Positions 1 to 13,397 of a stretch of 64,000 nucleotides of DNA are shown piece by piece (position 1 is the stretch's first letter; every line of letters starts with the position of its first letter). The position numbers and the translations under genes were made by a program. The DNA lies in the NCBI RefSeq assembly GCF_003018255.1, contig NZ_CP027440.1; one strand, written 5' to 3'. Source of the stretch: Escherichia coli (GTDB lineage: Bacteria; Pseudomonadota; Gammaproteobacteria; Enterobacterales; Enterobacteriaceae). Under the pieces are notes generated by a model, which did not search any database, was not told where the DNA came from, and was given only the letters and a program-made list of their open reading frames with translations.

Positions 1-330
1 AAACTCGCGGATATCCGGCGCTCCGGGGGAGTGATACACCGTTTTACCGTGGCTATTTGCCAGGGAGATCAACACATTGGAATAACCACTGACGATATCT
101 TCCAGCGTCATTAAGCGTCGGGCTTGCGTTTCGTCAGGGTGATTAAGTACCCGTTCAAGGGTGGCGCTAATCTCCTTTAAATCATTAATATCCTGCTCGG
201 CAAAATGCACTTTTACCGAGTGGATCATGATCCATGCAAAGGCGAAAAACGCCGCGATGGTGGCGAGGCTGATAAAAAAGGTCAGGCGGGTTGCCAGCGA
301 AAACGGGCGCTGAAATGGCTTACTGACCAT
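1..330 (-). CDS. cusS: Copper/silver sensor histidine kinase CusS, N-terminal 110 codons (gene continues past window start)
   Basis: Reverse-complement translation of 1-330 reads [43 protein letters not shown]..., matching CusS N-terminus; start overlaps cusR stop. Confidence 0.85.
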
Positions 331-1003
331 CCGGCACCTCTAGCATGTAACCCACGCCGCGCACGGTTTGAATCAGCTTCGGCTCAAAGTCGTTGTCGAT
401 TTTGCCACGCAGCCGCTTCACCGCCACATCAATGGCGTTAGTGTCGCTGTCGAAATTCATGTCCCACACCTGTGAGGCAATAAGTGAGCGGGGCAGTACT
501 TCGCCCTGATGGCGAAGGAAAAACTCCAGCAGAGTAAATTCTTTACTGGTCAGAGTGATGCGCGTGCCACTGCGGGTGACTTTGCGGCTGACGAGATCGA
601 CCATCAGATCGGCAACCTGAAACTGACTTTCGATAATCACCGCCGCCCCGCGCCGCAGTAGAGTGCGCACCCGCGCCAGCAGTTCAGCAAAAGCGAACGG
701 CTTCACCAGATAGTCATCCGCCCCCAACTCCAGCCCCTTGACGCGATGTTCAATGGTGCCAAGCGCGGTAAGCAACAGAATCGGCATCCCCTTATTGGCG
801 GAACGCAACATGCGCACGATATCCCAGCCGTTCACGTCCGGCAGCATAATATCGAGGATTATCAGATCATAATCACCGGTCATCGCCAGATGGTAGCCAT
901 TCAGCCCGTTGTCGGCCAAATCGACCACAAAACCGGCTTCGGTTAACCCTTTGGTCAAGTATTCTCCGGTTTTCTTTTCATCTTCGACAATCAACAGTTT
1001 CAT
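320..1003 (-). CDS. cusR: Copper-responsive response regulator CusR (OmpR family)
   Basis: 227-aa [23 protein letters not shown]...; receiver plus winged-helix domains; divergent from cusCFBA. Confidence 0.95.
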
Positions 1004-1068
1004 ATTTCCTCCGCATGTTGCCCGGGCAATTCTAGAGTAGCGGGATCAGATGGCAATCGCTTATTGGC

Positions 1069-1090
1069 AAAATGACAATTTTGTCATTTT
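1069..1090. promoter_or_regulatory. CusR box palindrome in the cusR-cusC divergent promoter region
   Basis: Sequence aaaatgacaattttgtcatttt is a near-perfect inverted repeat (AAAATGACAA-NN-TTGTCATTTT), as reported for the CusR operator. Confidence 0.7.
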
Positions 1091-1159
1091 CCTGTCACCG
1101 GAAAATCAGAGCCTGGCGAGTAAAGTTGGCGGCATAAAATCACCAGAAATTATGAGCCT

Positions 1160-2542
1160 ATGTCTCCTTGTAAACTTCTGCCATTTTGTGTGGCCCTTGC
1201 GCTAACCGGTTGTTCACTGGCACCGGATTATCAGCGCCCGGCAATGCCCGTGCCGCAGCAGTTCTCACTCAACCAGAACGGCCTGGTTAACGCAGCAGAT
1301 AACTACCAGAACGCGGGCTGGCGCACCTTTTTTGTTGATAATCAGGTGAAGACGCTGATTAGCGAGGCGCTGGTGAATAACCGGGATTTGCGCATGGCGA
1401 CGCTGAAAGTGCAGGAAGCGCGGGCGCAATATCGTCTGACCGATGCCGACCGCTACCCACAGCTCAATGGCGAGGGCAGCGGCAGCTGGAGCAACAATCT
1501 TAAAGGCGATTCAGCCACGACGCGGGAGTTCTCGACTGGCCTTAACGCCAGCTTTGATCTCGATTTTTTCGGGCGCTTAAAGAACATGAGCGAAGCCGAG
1601 CGCCAAAATTATTTAGCCACTGAGGAAGCTCAGCGCGCGGTGCATATTTTGCTGGTTTCTAATGTCGCGCAAAGCTATTTCAATCAGCAGCTGGCGTATG
1701 CGCAATTGCAAATAGCCGAAGAAACGCTGCGTAATTATCAGCAGTCATATGCGTTTGTCGAAAAACAACTGTTGACAGGTAGCAGTAATGTTCTGGCGCT
1801 GGAACAGGCTCGCGGGGTGATTGAAAGTACCCGCAGCGACATCGCTAAACGTCAGGGGGAACTGGCGCAGGCGAATAATGCATTGCAACTGTTATTGGGA
1901 AGCTACGGCAAGCTGCCGCAAGCGCAGACAGTAAACAGCGACAGCCTGCAAAGCGTTAAATTACCGGCGGGCTTGTCGTCGCAAATCTTATTGCAGCGCC
2001 CGGATATTATGGAAGCTGAACATGCGTTAATGGCGGCTAATGCCAATATTGGTGCTGCACGCGCGGCATTTTTCCCGTCTATCAGCCTGACCAGCGGAAT
2101 ATCAACCGCCAGCAGCGATCTGTCGTCATTATTTAACGCCAGCAGCGGGATGTGGAATTTTATACCCAAAATTGAGATCCCCATTTTTAATGCCGGACGT
2201 AACCAGGCCAATCTGGATATCGCCGAAATTCGCCAGCAGCAGTCGGTGGTGAATTATGAACAGAAAATCCAGAACGCCTTTAAAGAAGTGGCAGATGCGC
2301 TGGCATTACGTCAAAGCCTGAACGATCAAATTAGCGCCCAGCAGCGTTATCTGGCGTCGCTGCAAATTACTTTGCAACGGGCGCGGGCATTATATCAGCA
2401 CGGCGCGGTAAGTTATCTGGAAGTGCTGGATGCTGAGCGTTCTTTATTTGCAACCCGACAAACTTTACTTGACCTGAATTATGCCCGTCAGGTTAATGAA
2501 ATTTCTTTATATACCGCCTTAGGCGGCGGTTGGCAGCAATAA
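1160..2542 (+). CDS. cusC: Copper/silver efflux outer membrane factor CusC (lipoprotein, TolC family)
   Basis: 460-aa ORF with lipobox LTGC; first gene of cusCFBA. Confidence 0.95.
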   Translation: MSPCKLLPFCVALALTGCSLAPDYQRPAMPVPQQFSLNQNGLVNAADNYQNAGWRTFFVDNQVKTLISEALVNNRDLRMATLKVQEARAQYRLTDADRYPQLNGEGSGSWSNNLKGDSATTREFSTGLNASFDLDFFGRLKNMSEAERQNYLATEEAQRAVHILLVSNVAQSYFNQQLAYAQLQIAEETLRNYQQSYAFVEKQLLTGSSNVLALEQARGVIESTRSDIAKRQGELAQANNALQLLLGSYGKLPQAQTVNSDSLQSVKLPAGLSSQILLQRPDIMEAEHALMAANANIGAARAAFFPSISLTSGISTASSDLSSLFNASSGMWNFIPKIEIPIFNAGRNQANLDIAEIRQQQSVVNYEQKIQNAFKEVADALALRQSLNDQISAQQRYLASLQITLQRARALYQHGAVSYLEVLDAERSLFATRQTLLDLNYARQVNEISLYTALGGGWQQ

Positions 2543-2565
2543 TTTTTAACTCCAGGAGAGAATAA

Positions 2566-2898
2566 ATGAAAAAAGCACTGCAAGTCGCAATGTTTAGTCT
2601 GTTTACCGTTATTGGCTTTAATGCCCAGGCTAACGAACATCATCATGAAACCATGAGCGAGGCACAACCACAGGTCATTAGCGCCACCGGTGTGGTAAAA
2701 ACCATTGATCTGGAAAGCAAAAAAATCATCATCCACCACGATCCAATTACCGCGGTGAACTGGCCGGAGATGACCATGCGCTTTACCATCACCCCGCAGA
2801 CGAAAATGAGTGAAATTAAAACCGGCGACAAAGTGGCGTTTAATTTTGTCCAGCAGGGCAACCTTTCTTTATTACAGGATATTAAAGTCAGCCAGTAA
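2566..2898 (+). CDS. cusF: Periplasmic copper chaperone CusF
   Basis: 110-aa ORF with signal peptide and His/Met-rich metal site; position between cusC and cusB. Confidence 0.95.
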   Translation: MKKALQVAMFSLFTVIGFNAQANEHHHETMSEAQPQVISATGVVKTIDLESKKIIIHHDPITAVNWPEMTMRFTITPQTKMSEIKTGDKVAFNFVQQGNLSLLQDIKVSQ

Positions 2899-2913
2899 CC
2901 CAGGTTTAATGAG

Positions 2914-4137
2914 ATGAAAAAAATCGCGCTTATTATCGGCAGCATGATCGCGGGCGGTATTATTTCTGCGGCAGGTTTTACCTGGTTTGCAAAGGCGGAA
3001 CCGCCCGCAGAAAAAACGTCGACCGCAGAACGTAAAATCTTATTCTGGTACGACCCGATGTATCCCAATACGCGGTTCGATAAACCAGGTAAATCGCCGT
3101 TTATGGATATGGATCTGGTGCCGAAATATGCCGATGAAGAGAGTTCTGCGTCTGGTGTACGCATTGACCCGACCCAGACGCAGAATCTGGGGGTGAAAAC
3201 GGCGACCGTAACGCGCGGGCCGCTGACTTTTGCCCAGAGTTTCCCGGCGAATGTCAGTTACAACGAGTATCAGTATGCCATTGTGCAGGCTCGCGCTGCC
3301 GGGTTTATCGATAAGGTGTATCCGCTTACCGTGGGCGATAAAGTACAAAAGGGCACACCGCTTCTCGACCTGACCATTCCCGACTGGGTGGAAGCGCAGA
3401 GTGAGTATTTACTGCTGCGCGAAACCGGCGGTACGGCGACCCAGACTGAAGGCATTCTTGAGCGACTGCGACTGGCGGGAATGCCGGAGGCGGATATTCG
3501 CCGCCTGATTGCCACGCAAAAAATCCAGACTCGCTTTACGCTCAAAGCACCCATTGATGGCGTGATCACCGCGTTTGATCTGCGCGCGGGAATGAATATC
3601 GCCAAAGATAACGTGGTCGCGAAAATTCAGGGTATGGACCCGGTGTGGATCACTGCCGCGATCCCGGAGTCCATCGCCTGGCTGGTGAAAGATGCCTCGC
3701 AGTTTACGCTCACCGTTCCGGCGCGACCTGATAAAACACTCACCATTCGCAAATGGACCCTGCTACCCGGCGTGGATGCCGCGACCCGCACGCTGCAGCT
3801 GCGTCTGGAAGTCGACAACGCCGACGAGTCGCTAAAACCGGGCATGAACGCCTGGTTGCAACTCAATACCGCCAGCGAACCGATGCTGCTCATTCCGTCA
3901 CAGGCGCTGATTGATACCGGCAGTGAACAGCGGGTGATTACCGTTGATGCCGACGGACGCTTTGTACCGAAACGCGTTGCCGTTTTCCAGGCATCGCAAG
4001 GCGTCACCGCGTTACGCTCTGGTCTGGCGGAAGGTGAAAAGGTGGTTTCCAGCGGCCTGTTCCTGATTGATTCCGAAGCCAATATTTCTGGCGCACTGGA
4101 GCGGATGCGCTCTGAAAGTGCTACCCATGCGCATTGA
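2914..4137 (+). CDS. cusB: Copper/silver efflux membrane fusion protein CusB
   Basis: 407-aa ORF, HlyD/RND adaptor family, operon position. Confidence 0.95.
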   Translation: MKKIALIIGSMIAGGIISAAGFTWFAKAEPPAEKTSTAERKILFWYDPMYPNTRFDKPGKSPFMDMDLVPKYADEESSASGVRIDPTQTQNLGVKTATVTRGPLTFAQSFPANVSYNEYQYAIVQARAAGFIDKVYPLTVGDKVQKGTPLLDLTIPDWVEAQSEYLLLRETGGTATQTEGILERLRLAGMPEADIRRLIATQKIQTRFTLKAPIDGVITAFDLRAGMNIAKDNVVAKIQGMDPVWITAAIPESIAWLVKDASQFTLTVPARPDKTLTIRKWTLLPGVDAATRTLQLRLEVDNADESLKPGMNAWLQLNTASEPMLLIPSQALIDTGSEQRVITVDADGRFVPKRVAVFQASQGVTALRSGLAEGEKVVSSGLFLIDSEANISGALERMRSESATHAH

Positions 4138-4148
4138 GGGAATAACCA

Positions 4149-7100
4149 ATGATTGAATGGATTATTCGTCGCTCGGTGGCGAACCGTTTTCTGGTGCTGA
4201 TGGGCGCGTTGTTTCTGAGTATCTGGGGCACCTGGACCATCATTAACACGCCAGTGGATGCACTGCCGGATCTCTCTGATGTGCAGGTGATTATTAAAAC
4301 CAGCTATCCCGGTCAGGCACCGCAAATCGTTGAAAATCAGGTGACTTATCCGCTAACCACCACCATGTTGTCGGTGCCTGGCGCGAAGACTGTGCGCGGT
4401 TTCTCGCAGTTTGGCGACTCTTATGTGTATGTCATTTTCGAAGATGGCACCGATCCGTACTGGGCGCGCTCGCGGGTGCTGGAGTACCTCAACCAGGTAC
4501 AGGGTAAGCTGCCTGCGGGAGTCAGCGCCGAGCTGGGGCCAGATGCCACGGGTGTTGGCTGGATCTATGAATATGCACTGGTGGATCGCAGCGGTAAGCA
4601 CGATCTTGCCGATTTACGCTCATTGCAGGACTGGTTTCTCAAATATGAGCTGAAAACCATTCCTGACGTTGCGGAAGTGGCGTCGGTAGGCGGTGTGGTG
4701 AAAGAGTATCAGGTGGTTATCGATCCTCAGCGCCTGGCGCAATATGGCATCAGTCTCGCCGAAGTAAAAAGCGCGCTGGATGCTTCAAACCAGGAAGCGG
4801 GTGGTTCGTCGATCGAACTGGCGGAAGCGGAATATATGGTGCGAGCCAGCGGCTATCTGCAAACGCTCGACGACTTTAATCACATCGTTTTAAAAGCCAG
4901 TGAAAATGGCGTGCCCGTTTATCTGCGTGATGTTGCGAAGGTCCAGATTGGCCCGGAGATGCGCCGGGGCATTGCCGAACTGAACGGCGAAGGCGAAGTG
5001 GCGGGCGGGGTGGTGATCCTGCGCTCCGGCAAAAACGCCCGAGAAGTAATCGCCGCCGTGAAGGACAAACTGGAAACGCTGAAAAGTAGTCTGCCGGAAG
5101 GCGTGGAGATAGTTACAACATACGATCGCAGCCAGCTCATTGATCGCGCCATCGACAACCTCAGCGGCAAGTTGCTGGAAGAGTTTATTGTGGTGGCGGT
5201 AGTCTGTGCGCTGTTTCTCTGGCATGTGCGCTCGGCGCTGGTGGCGATTATTTCGTTGCCGCTGGGGTTGTGTATTGCTTTTATTGTCATGCACTTTCAG
5301 GGACTGAACGCCAATATTATGTCGTTGGGTGGCATTGCGATTGCCGTCGGGGCGATGGTCGATGCCGCTATCGTCATGATCGAGAATGCGCATAAACGGC
5401 TGGAAGAGTGGCAGCACCAGCATCCTGACGCCACGTTGGATAATAAAACGCGCTGGCAGGTGATTACCGATGCATCTGTTGAAGTGGGGCCGGCGCTGTT
5501 TATCAGTCTGCTGATTATCACGCTGTCGTTTATCCCGATCTTCACCCTGGAAGGGCAGGAAGGGCGTCTGTTTGGCCCGCTGGCGTTCACCAAAACCTAT
5601 GCGATGGCGGGTGCGGCGCTACTGGCGATCGTAGTGATCCCGATCCTGATGGGCTACTGGATCCGTGGCAAAATTCCGCCGGAAAGCAGTAACCCGCTCA
5701 ATCGCTTTTTGATTCGTGTTTATCATCCGCTGTTGCTGAAAGTACTGCACTGGCCGAAAACCACGCTGTTGGTGGCAGCGCTTTCGGTGCTGACGGTTCT
5801 CTGGCCGCTCAATAAAGTTGGCGGGGAATTTTTACCGCAGATCAATGAAGGCGACTTGTTGTATATGCCATCGACGCTGCCGGGGATTTCCGCAGCAGAG
5901 GCGGCGAGCATGCTGCAAAAAACCGACAAGCTGATTATGAGCGTACCGGAAGTGGCGCGGGTATTTGGCAAAACCGGGAAAGCGGAAACCGCCACCGATT
6001 CAGCTCCACTGGAGATGGTAGAAACGACTATCCAGCTTAAGCCGCAGGATCAGTGGCGGCCTGGCATGACGATGGACAAAATCATTGAGGAACTGGATAA
6101 CACCGTGCGTCTGCCGGGGCTGGCGAATCTGTGGGTGCCGCCAATTCGTAACCGTATCGATATGCTCTCGACTGGCATTAAAAGCCCGATTGGCATTAAA
6201 GTTTCCGGCACCGTGCTGGCGGATATCGACGCGATGGCGGAGCAAATTGAAGAAGTGGCGCGAACGGTGCCAGGCGTGGCTTCTGCGCTTGCTGAGCGTC
6301 TGGAAGGTGGGCGTTATATCAACGTTGAGATTAACCGTGAAAAAGCCGCGCGTTACGGTATGACGGTGGCGGATGTGCAGTTGTTTGTGACTTCTGCGGT
6401 GGGCGGGGCGATGGTTGGCGAAACGGTGGAAGGGATTGCTCGTTATCCAATTAATCTGCGTTATCCGCAAAGCTGGCGCGATAGCCCGCAGGCACTGCGC
6501 CAGTTGCCGATCCTCACGCCGATGAAGCAGCAAATCACCCTGGCAGACGTGGCTGACGTTAAAGTCTCTACCGGACCGTCGATGCTGAAAACCGAGAATG
6601 CGCGCCCGACGAGCTGGATTTATATCGATGCCCGCGATCGTGACATGGTGTCGGTGGTTCACGATCTGCAAAAAGCGATAGCTGAAAAAGTGCAGTTAAA
6701 ACCGGGCACCAGCGTGGCATTCTCCGGGCAGTTCGAGCTACTGGAGCGCGCCAACCATAAGCTGAAACTCATGGTGCCGATGACGCTGATGATCATCTTC
6801 GTGCTGTTATATCTGGCGTTCCGTCGGGTGGGCGAAGCGTTGCTGATTATCAGCAGCGTACCGTTTGCGCTGGTGGGCGGCATCTGGTTGCTGTGGTGGA
6901 TGGGCTTTCATCTTTCCGTGGCGACGGGCACCGGTTTTATTGCCCTTGCCGGGGTTGCCGCCGAATTTGGCGTGGTGATGCTGATGTATTTACGTCACGC
7001 CATAGAGGCCGAGCCGTCGTTGAATAATCCGCAAACATTCAGCGAGCAGAAGCTGGATGAGGCGTTGTATCACGGCGCGGTCCTGCGCGTGCGCCCGAAA

Positions 7101-7292
7101 GCGATGACGGTGGCAGTGATTATCGCCGGTCTGCTGCCGATTCTGTGGGGAACGGGGGCTGGTTCAGAGGTGATGAGCCGGATTGCCGCACCGATGATTG
7201 GCGGCATGATCACCGCACCTTTGCTGTCGCTGTTTATTATCCCGGCGGCGTATAAGCTGATGTGGCTGCACCGACATCGGGTACGGAAATAA
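4149..7292 (+). CDS. cusA: Copper/silver RND efflux pump CusA
   Basis: 1047-aa ORF, RND/HME family, 12-TM architecture. Confidence 0.95.
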   Translation: MIEWIIRRSVANRFLVLMGALFLSIWGTWTIINTPVDALPDLSDVQVIIKTSYPGQAPQIVENQVTYPLTTTMLSVPGAKTVRGFSQFGDSYVYVIFEDGTDPYWARSRVLEYLNQVQGKLPAGVSAELGPDATGVGWIYEYALVDRSGKHDLADLRSLQDWFLKYELKTIPDVAEVASVGGVVKEYQVVIDPQRLAQYGISLAEVKSALDASNQEAGGSSIELAEAEYMVRASGYLQTLDDFNHIVLKASENGVPVYLRDVAKVQIGPEMRRGIAELNGEGEVAGGVVILRSGKNAREVIAAVKDKLETLKSSLPEGVEIVTTYDRSQLIDRAIDNLSGKLLEEFIVVAVVCALFLWHVRSALVAIISLPLGLCIAFIVMHFQGLNANIMSLGGIAIAVGAMVDAAIVMIENAHKRLEEWQHQHPDATLDNKTRWQVITDASVEVGPALFISLLIITLSFIPIFTLEGQEGRLFGPLAFTKTYAMAGAALLAIVVIPILMGYWIRGKIPPESSNPLNRFLIRVYHPLLLKVLHWPKTTLLVAALSVLTVLWPLNKVGGEFLPQINEGDLLYMPSTLPGISAAEAASMLQKTDKLIMSVPEVARVFGKTGKAETATDSAPLEMVETTIQLKPQDQWRPGMTMDKIIEELDNTVRLPGLANLWVPPIRNRIDMLSTGIKSPIGIKVSGTVLADIDAMAEQIEEVARTVPGVASALAERLEGGRYINVEINREKAARYGMTVADVQLFVTSAVGGAMVGETVEGIARYPINLRYPQSWRDSPQALRQLPILTPMKQQITLADVADVKVSTGPSMLKTENARPTSWIYIDARDRDMVSVVHDLQKAIAEKVQLKPGTSVAFSGQFELLERANHKLKLMVPMTLMIIFVLLYLAFRRVGEALLIISSVPFALVGGIWLLWWMGFHLSVATGTGFIALAGVAAEFGVVMLMYLRHAIEAEPSLNNPQTFSEQKLDEALYHGAVLRVRPKAMTVAVIIAGLLPILWGTGAGSEVMSRIAAPMIGGMITAPLLSLFIIPAAYKLMWLHRHRVRK

Positions 7293-7393
7293 AAGCAGGA
7301 TACCCCGTTTAACCGTGTGGATTGTGTCTTGCGACGATGGGCACTAAATGTTAAAAGGTGCCCCTCAACAAAAAAGACACACAGGGGAAAGGC

Positions 7394-8770
7394 GTGAAAA
7401 ACGCGTCAACCGTATCGGAAGATACTGCGTCGAATCAAGAGCCGACGCTTCATCGCGGATTACATAACCGTCATATTCAACTGATTGCGCTGGGTGGCGC
7501 AATTGGTACTGGTCTGTTTCTTGGCATTGGTCCGGCGATTCAGATGGCGGGTCCGGCTGTATTGCTGGGCTACGGCGTCGCCGGGATCATCGCTTTCCTG
7601 ATTATGCGCCAGCTTGGCGAAATGGTGGTTGAGGAGCCGGTATCCGGTTCATTTGCCCACTTTGCCTATAAATACTGGGGACCGTTTGCGGGCTTCCTCT
7701 CTGGCTGGAACTACTGGGTAATGTTCGTGCTGGTGGGAATGGCAGAGCTGACCGCTGCGGGCATCTATATGCAGTACTGGTTCCCGGATGTTCCAACGTG
7801 GATTTGGGCTGCCGCCTTCTTTATTATCATCAACGCCGTTAACCTGGTGAACGTGCGCTTATATGGCGAAACCGAATTCTGGTTTGCGCTGATTAAAGTG
7901 CTGGCGATCATCGGTATGATCGGCTTTGGCCTGTGGCTGCTGTTTTCTGGTCACGGCGGCGAGAAAGCCAGTATCGATAACCTCTGGCGTTACGGTGGTT
8001 TTTTTGCCACCGGCTGGAATGGGCTGATTTTGTCGCTGGCGGTAATTATGTTCTCTTTCGGCGGTCTGGAGCTGATTGGGATTACTGCCGCTGAAGCGCG
8101 CGATCCGGAAAAAAGCATTCCGAAAGCAGTGAATCAGGTGGTGTATCGCATTCTGCTGTTTTATATCGGTTCACTGGTGGTTTTACTGGCACTCTATCCG
8201 TGGGTGGAAGTGAAATCCAACAGTAGCCCGTTTGTGATGATTTTCCATAATCTCGACAGCAACGTGGTAGCTTCTGCGCTGAACTTCGTCATTCTGGTGG
8301 CATCGCTGTCGGTGTATAACAGCGGGGTTTACTCTAACAGCCGCATGCTGTTTGGCCTTTCTGTGCAGGGTAATGCACCGAAGTTTTTGACTCGCGTCAG
8401 CCGTCGCGGCGTGCCGATTAACTCGCTGATGCTTTCCGGAGCCGTCACTTCGCTGGTGGTGCTGATTAACTATCTGCTGCCGCAAAAAGCGTTTGGTCTG
8501 CTGATGGCGCTGGTGGTAGCAACGCTGCTGTTGAACTGGATTATGATCTGCCTGGCGCATCTGCGTTTTCGCGCGGCGATGCGACGTCAGGGACGTGAAA
8601 CACAGTTTAAGGCGCTGCTCTATCCGTTCGGCAACTATCTTTGCATCGCCTTCCTCGGCATGATTTTGCTGCTGATGTGCACGATGGATGATATGCGCTT
8701 GTCAGCGATTCTGCTGCCAGTGTGGATTGTATTCCTGTTTGTAGCGTTTAAAACGCTGCGTCGGAAATAA
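7394..8770 (+). CDS. pheP: Phenylalanine-specific permease PheP (APC family)
   Basis: ORF 7358-8770; K-12 PheP begins MKNASTVSEDTASNQEP, which corresponds to a GTG start at 7394. Confidence 0.9.
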   Translation: MKNASTVSEDTASNQEPTLHRGLHNRHIQLIALGGAIGTGLFLGIGPAIQMAGPAVLLGYGVAGIIAFLIMRQLGEMVVEEPVSGSFAHFAYKYWGPFAGFLSGWNYWVMFVLVGMAELTAAGIYMQYWFPDVPTWIWAAAFFIIINAVNLVNVRLYGETEFWFALIKVLAIIGMIGFGLWLLFSGHGGEKASIDNLWRYGGFFATGWNGLILSLAVIMFSFGGLELIGITAAEARDPEKSIPKAVNQVVYRILLFYIGSLVVLLALYPWVEVKSNSSPFVMIFHNLDSNVVASALNFVILVASLSVYNSGVYSNSRMLFGLSVQGNAPKFLTRVSRRGVPINSLMLSGAVTSLVVLINYLLPQKAFGLLMALVVATLLLNWIMICLAHLRFRAAMRRQGRETQFKALLYPFGNYLCIAFLGMILLLMCTMDDMRLSAILLPVWIVFLFVAFKTLRRK

Positions 8771-8811
8771 GGCATTCGCGCCGTATCCGACAAAATGATG
8801 TCAACCATCCG

Positions 8812-8848
8812 AAACCGCTCTCATCCATTCGATGAGAGCGGTTTTTTT
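8812..8848. terminator. Bidirectional rho-independent terminator between convergent pheP and ybdG
   Basis: Hairpin aaaccgctctcatc / gatgagagcggttt flanked by A-run and T-run. Confidence 0.7.
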
Positions 8849-8850
8849 AA

Positions 8851-10146
<1,296 letters not shown>

Positions 10147-10205
10147 TTATGCAAATCAGGAGAATCTGAGGGGAAATAGCCGGGCAGATGCCCGGCAAGG
10201 GAGAA

Positions 10206-10859
10206 TTACACTTCGGTTAAGGTAATGTTTTGCGGCAGACGAGATTTCGGCAGCGTAGCGTTAAAATCTTCAACGCTGTGATGACCCACAGGAACAACCA
10301 CCAGACTGGTGTAGCCTTTCTCTTCCAGACCAAATTCTTCATCGAGGATGGCGGCGTCAAAACCTTCGATGGGCACCGCGTCCAGACCCAGCGCCGCCAC
10401 GCCGAGCAGGAAGTTACCGACGTTGAGATAAACCTGTTTTGCCATCCACTCTGCATCATCGTGCAGATCTTTACGGTGCATATCGGCGAAGAACTTGCGA
10501 CCTTTATCGTTCGCGGCTTTCGCTTCCGGCGTGGCAAAGCGGCCATCGGCATCTTCCTGGTCAACAACCAGCTTCAGCCAGGCATCGTCCATCGCGGTTT
10601 TTGCACAGAACACCACGACGTGCGAGGCATCAAGCATTTTACGCTCGTTGAACACGTAATTATCGGCAGCGGATTTGGCAACACGCGCTTTACCTTCTTC
10701 CGTGCTGGCAACAATAAAATGCCATGGCTGGGAGTTGGTGCTGGATGGGCTGTATTGCAGTAGCGTTTTTATCTGCTCGGCCTGTTCCGGGGTAAGTTTT
10801 TTGCTGGCATCAAATGCCTTAGTGGAATGACGCTTTAAGGCGACAGAAATGATATCCAT
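10206..10859 (-). CDS. nfsB: Oxygen-insensitive NAD(P)H nitroreductase NfsB
   Basis: ORF 10206-10910; known start [17 protein letters not shown] at internal Met. Confidence 0.95.
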   Translation of the reverse strand: MDIISVALKRHSTKAFDASKKLTPEQAEQIKTLLQYSPSSTNSQPWHFIVASTEEGKARVAKSAADNYVFNERKMLDASHVVVFCAKTAMDDAWLKLVVDQEDADGRFATPEAKAANDKGRKFFADMHRKDLHDDAEWMAKQVYLNVGNFLLGVAALGLDAVPIEGFDAAILDEEFGLEEKGYTSLVVVPVGHHSVEDFNATLPKSRLPQNITLTEV

Positions 10860-10952
10860 AAAGACTCCATGTGAAAGTAATTTTGCGTGCCAGCAGATTA
10901 CAAGGTTCAACGAGAAATGGTAAGCGAGAAAAATGCGCTATAGATTTCCGCT

Positions 10953-11321
10953 TTAGCCTGGACGCACTCTTTTTTGATCGCGTTTAGCCAGACCATCAAC
11001 CACCAGATTCCACGAATCGTTGATCAGATCGCGAAGTAACGCTTCGGAGATTTCCTCGCCGGGATACACTGAAATCCAGTGCTTTTTATTCATGTGATAC
11101 CCTGGCTTGATGCTCGGGTATATTTGCTGATTTAACAGGGATTTTTGTGGATCGGACTTCAGATTGATAAAGGGGACGCCGCGCAGCTCCGACGACAGCA
11201 TAAAAATCTTGCCGCCAATTTTAAAAACATCGAACTCCGGGCCAAAAGGCCAGCAAAGCTCGACAAAGGGTAACTCAAGGGCCAGGCGTTTCGCCGTTTC
11301 GTGCAGTGATTGCTTATCCAT
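10953..11321 (-). CDS. ybdF: Uncharacterized protein YbdF
   Basis: ORF 10953-11441; known protein begins [18 protein letters not shown] (Met 41 of ORF). Confidence 0.85.
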
Positions 11322-11385
11322 AAACGTTCCTTTAGGCGAAGGAGAATAAGCAAAGTATGCCGCGAAGTACGGCGATAATCGACGT

Positions 11386-11634
11386 TTAATCCGCCAGCGA
11401 GAACCAGCGTCGCCAGATAAAGCGCAGAACAAAATACTCAATAGCGCCCAGCACTAAAAACCACAGACAAAACAATAAAGTGTAAAGCTGGCTAAGATCC
11501 ATCAGATGGAACATGGTCACCAGTTTTTGTGCCAGCGTCAGCCCCAGTGCGGGGGCGGGCAGCAGCAGGCAAGAAAGGAAAGCCATCAGCAAAATGCCTG
11601 CTGCGGTGGTCAAGGTTTCTAAAGGGTGTTTCAT
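11386..11634 (-). CDS. ybdJ: Small inner-membrane protein YbdJ
   Basis: 82-aa hydrophobic ORF in the conserved position between ybdF and ybdK. Confidence 0.8.
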
Positions 11635-11699
11635 AACATTGTTAAATGTAAGTTAAAACACCATTGTCAGGGATATTCTTCTGTAAGGCAATTCCCGGC

Positions 11700-12827
<1,128 letters not shown>

Positions 12828-13259
12828 TTATGTTGGCGTTTTCTATTCAGTATAGAAGTCGGAGCGGCTGGGCGAGATGCGGAAGTTCTGGAATGTTTCT
12901 TTTTTTGATGATGGTGACTGAAGCAAATTGGCTACATTTTGCAATATGACAAGTTATGGCAGTGCGGACTGGTGGCGAAGAATTTTGACGATTGAGGCAT
13001 GCAGAATAAAACGGGTTCAGCTTCAGTTGATCAAATGAGGATTGAGAAGTCCGAAACAGGACTTACTGTATAAATAAACAGCTATTTTGCTAAGGAAGGG
13101 TAAGATAACGGCGGGTGCCTGAAGCTTTCCGGTTTCAGGTTTACTCTGAGGTCTGGAAAGATGAAGCCCCAGGAGATATTTCTATCAATCCTGGGGCTGC
13201 CACTCCAAACCCAAACAATTTGGATGGTAGTCCCTTCTTCGCATGGAGGCAATATAAAC

Positions 13260-13397
13260 ATGCTGACGAAATATGCCCTTGTGGCGGTCATGGTGCTGTG
13301 TTTAAAGGTAATTTTTATCCGGTTTATTCGGAGCAATAGTGATTGCAAGCGTATCAAGAAAATTCTTATAGAACTGAGCAATTTGTTGCCAGAATGA
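13260..13397 (+). CDS. Hok-family toxin-like small membrane peptide (hokE-like, divergent C-terminal half), preceded in frame by a mok-like leader from 13161
   Basis: MLTKYALVAVMVLCL matches the Hok/HokE N-terminal transmembrane segment; the rest diverges from K-12 HokE and becomes AT-rich. Confidence 0.4.
   Translation: MLTKYALVAVMVLCLKVIFIRFIRSNSDCKRIKKILIELSNLLPE

Noticed and set aside
205-441. 78-aa plus-strand ORF across the cusS/cusR junction
   Set aside because: Antisense to the cusS start and cusR end; no support.
6000-6671. 223-aa minus-strand ORF inside cusA, with other short antisense or alternative-frame ORFs in cusA, entF, fepA, fepD/G and the cit genes
   Set aside because: All are embedded in long, well-supported genes and show Arg/His/Pro-rich compositions characteristic of non-coding frames.
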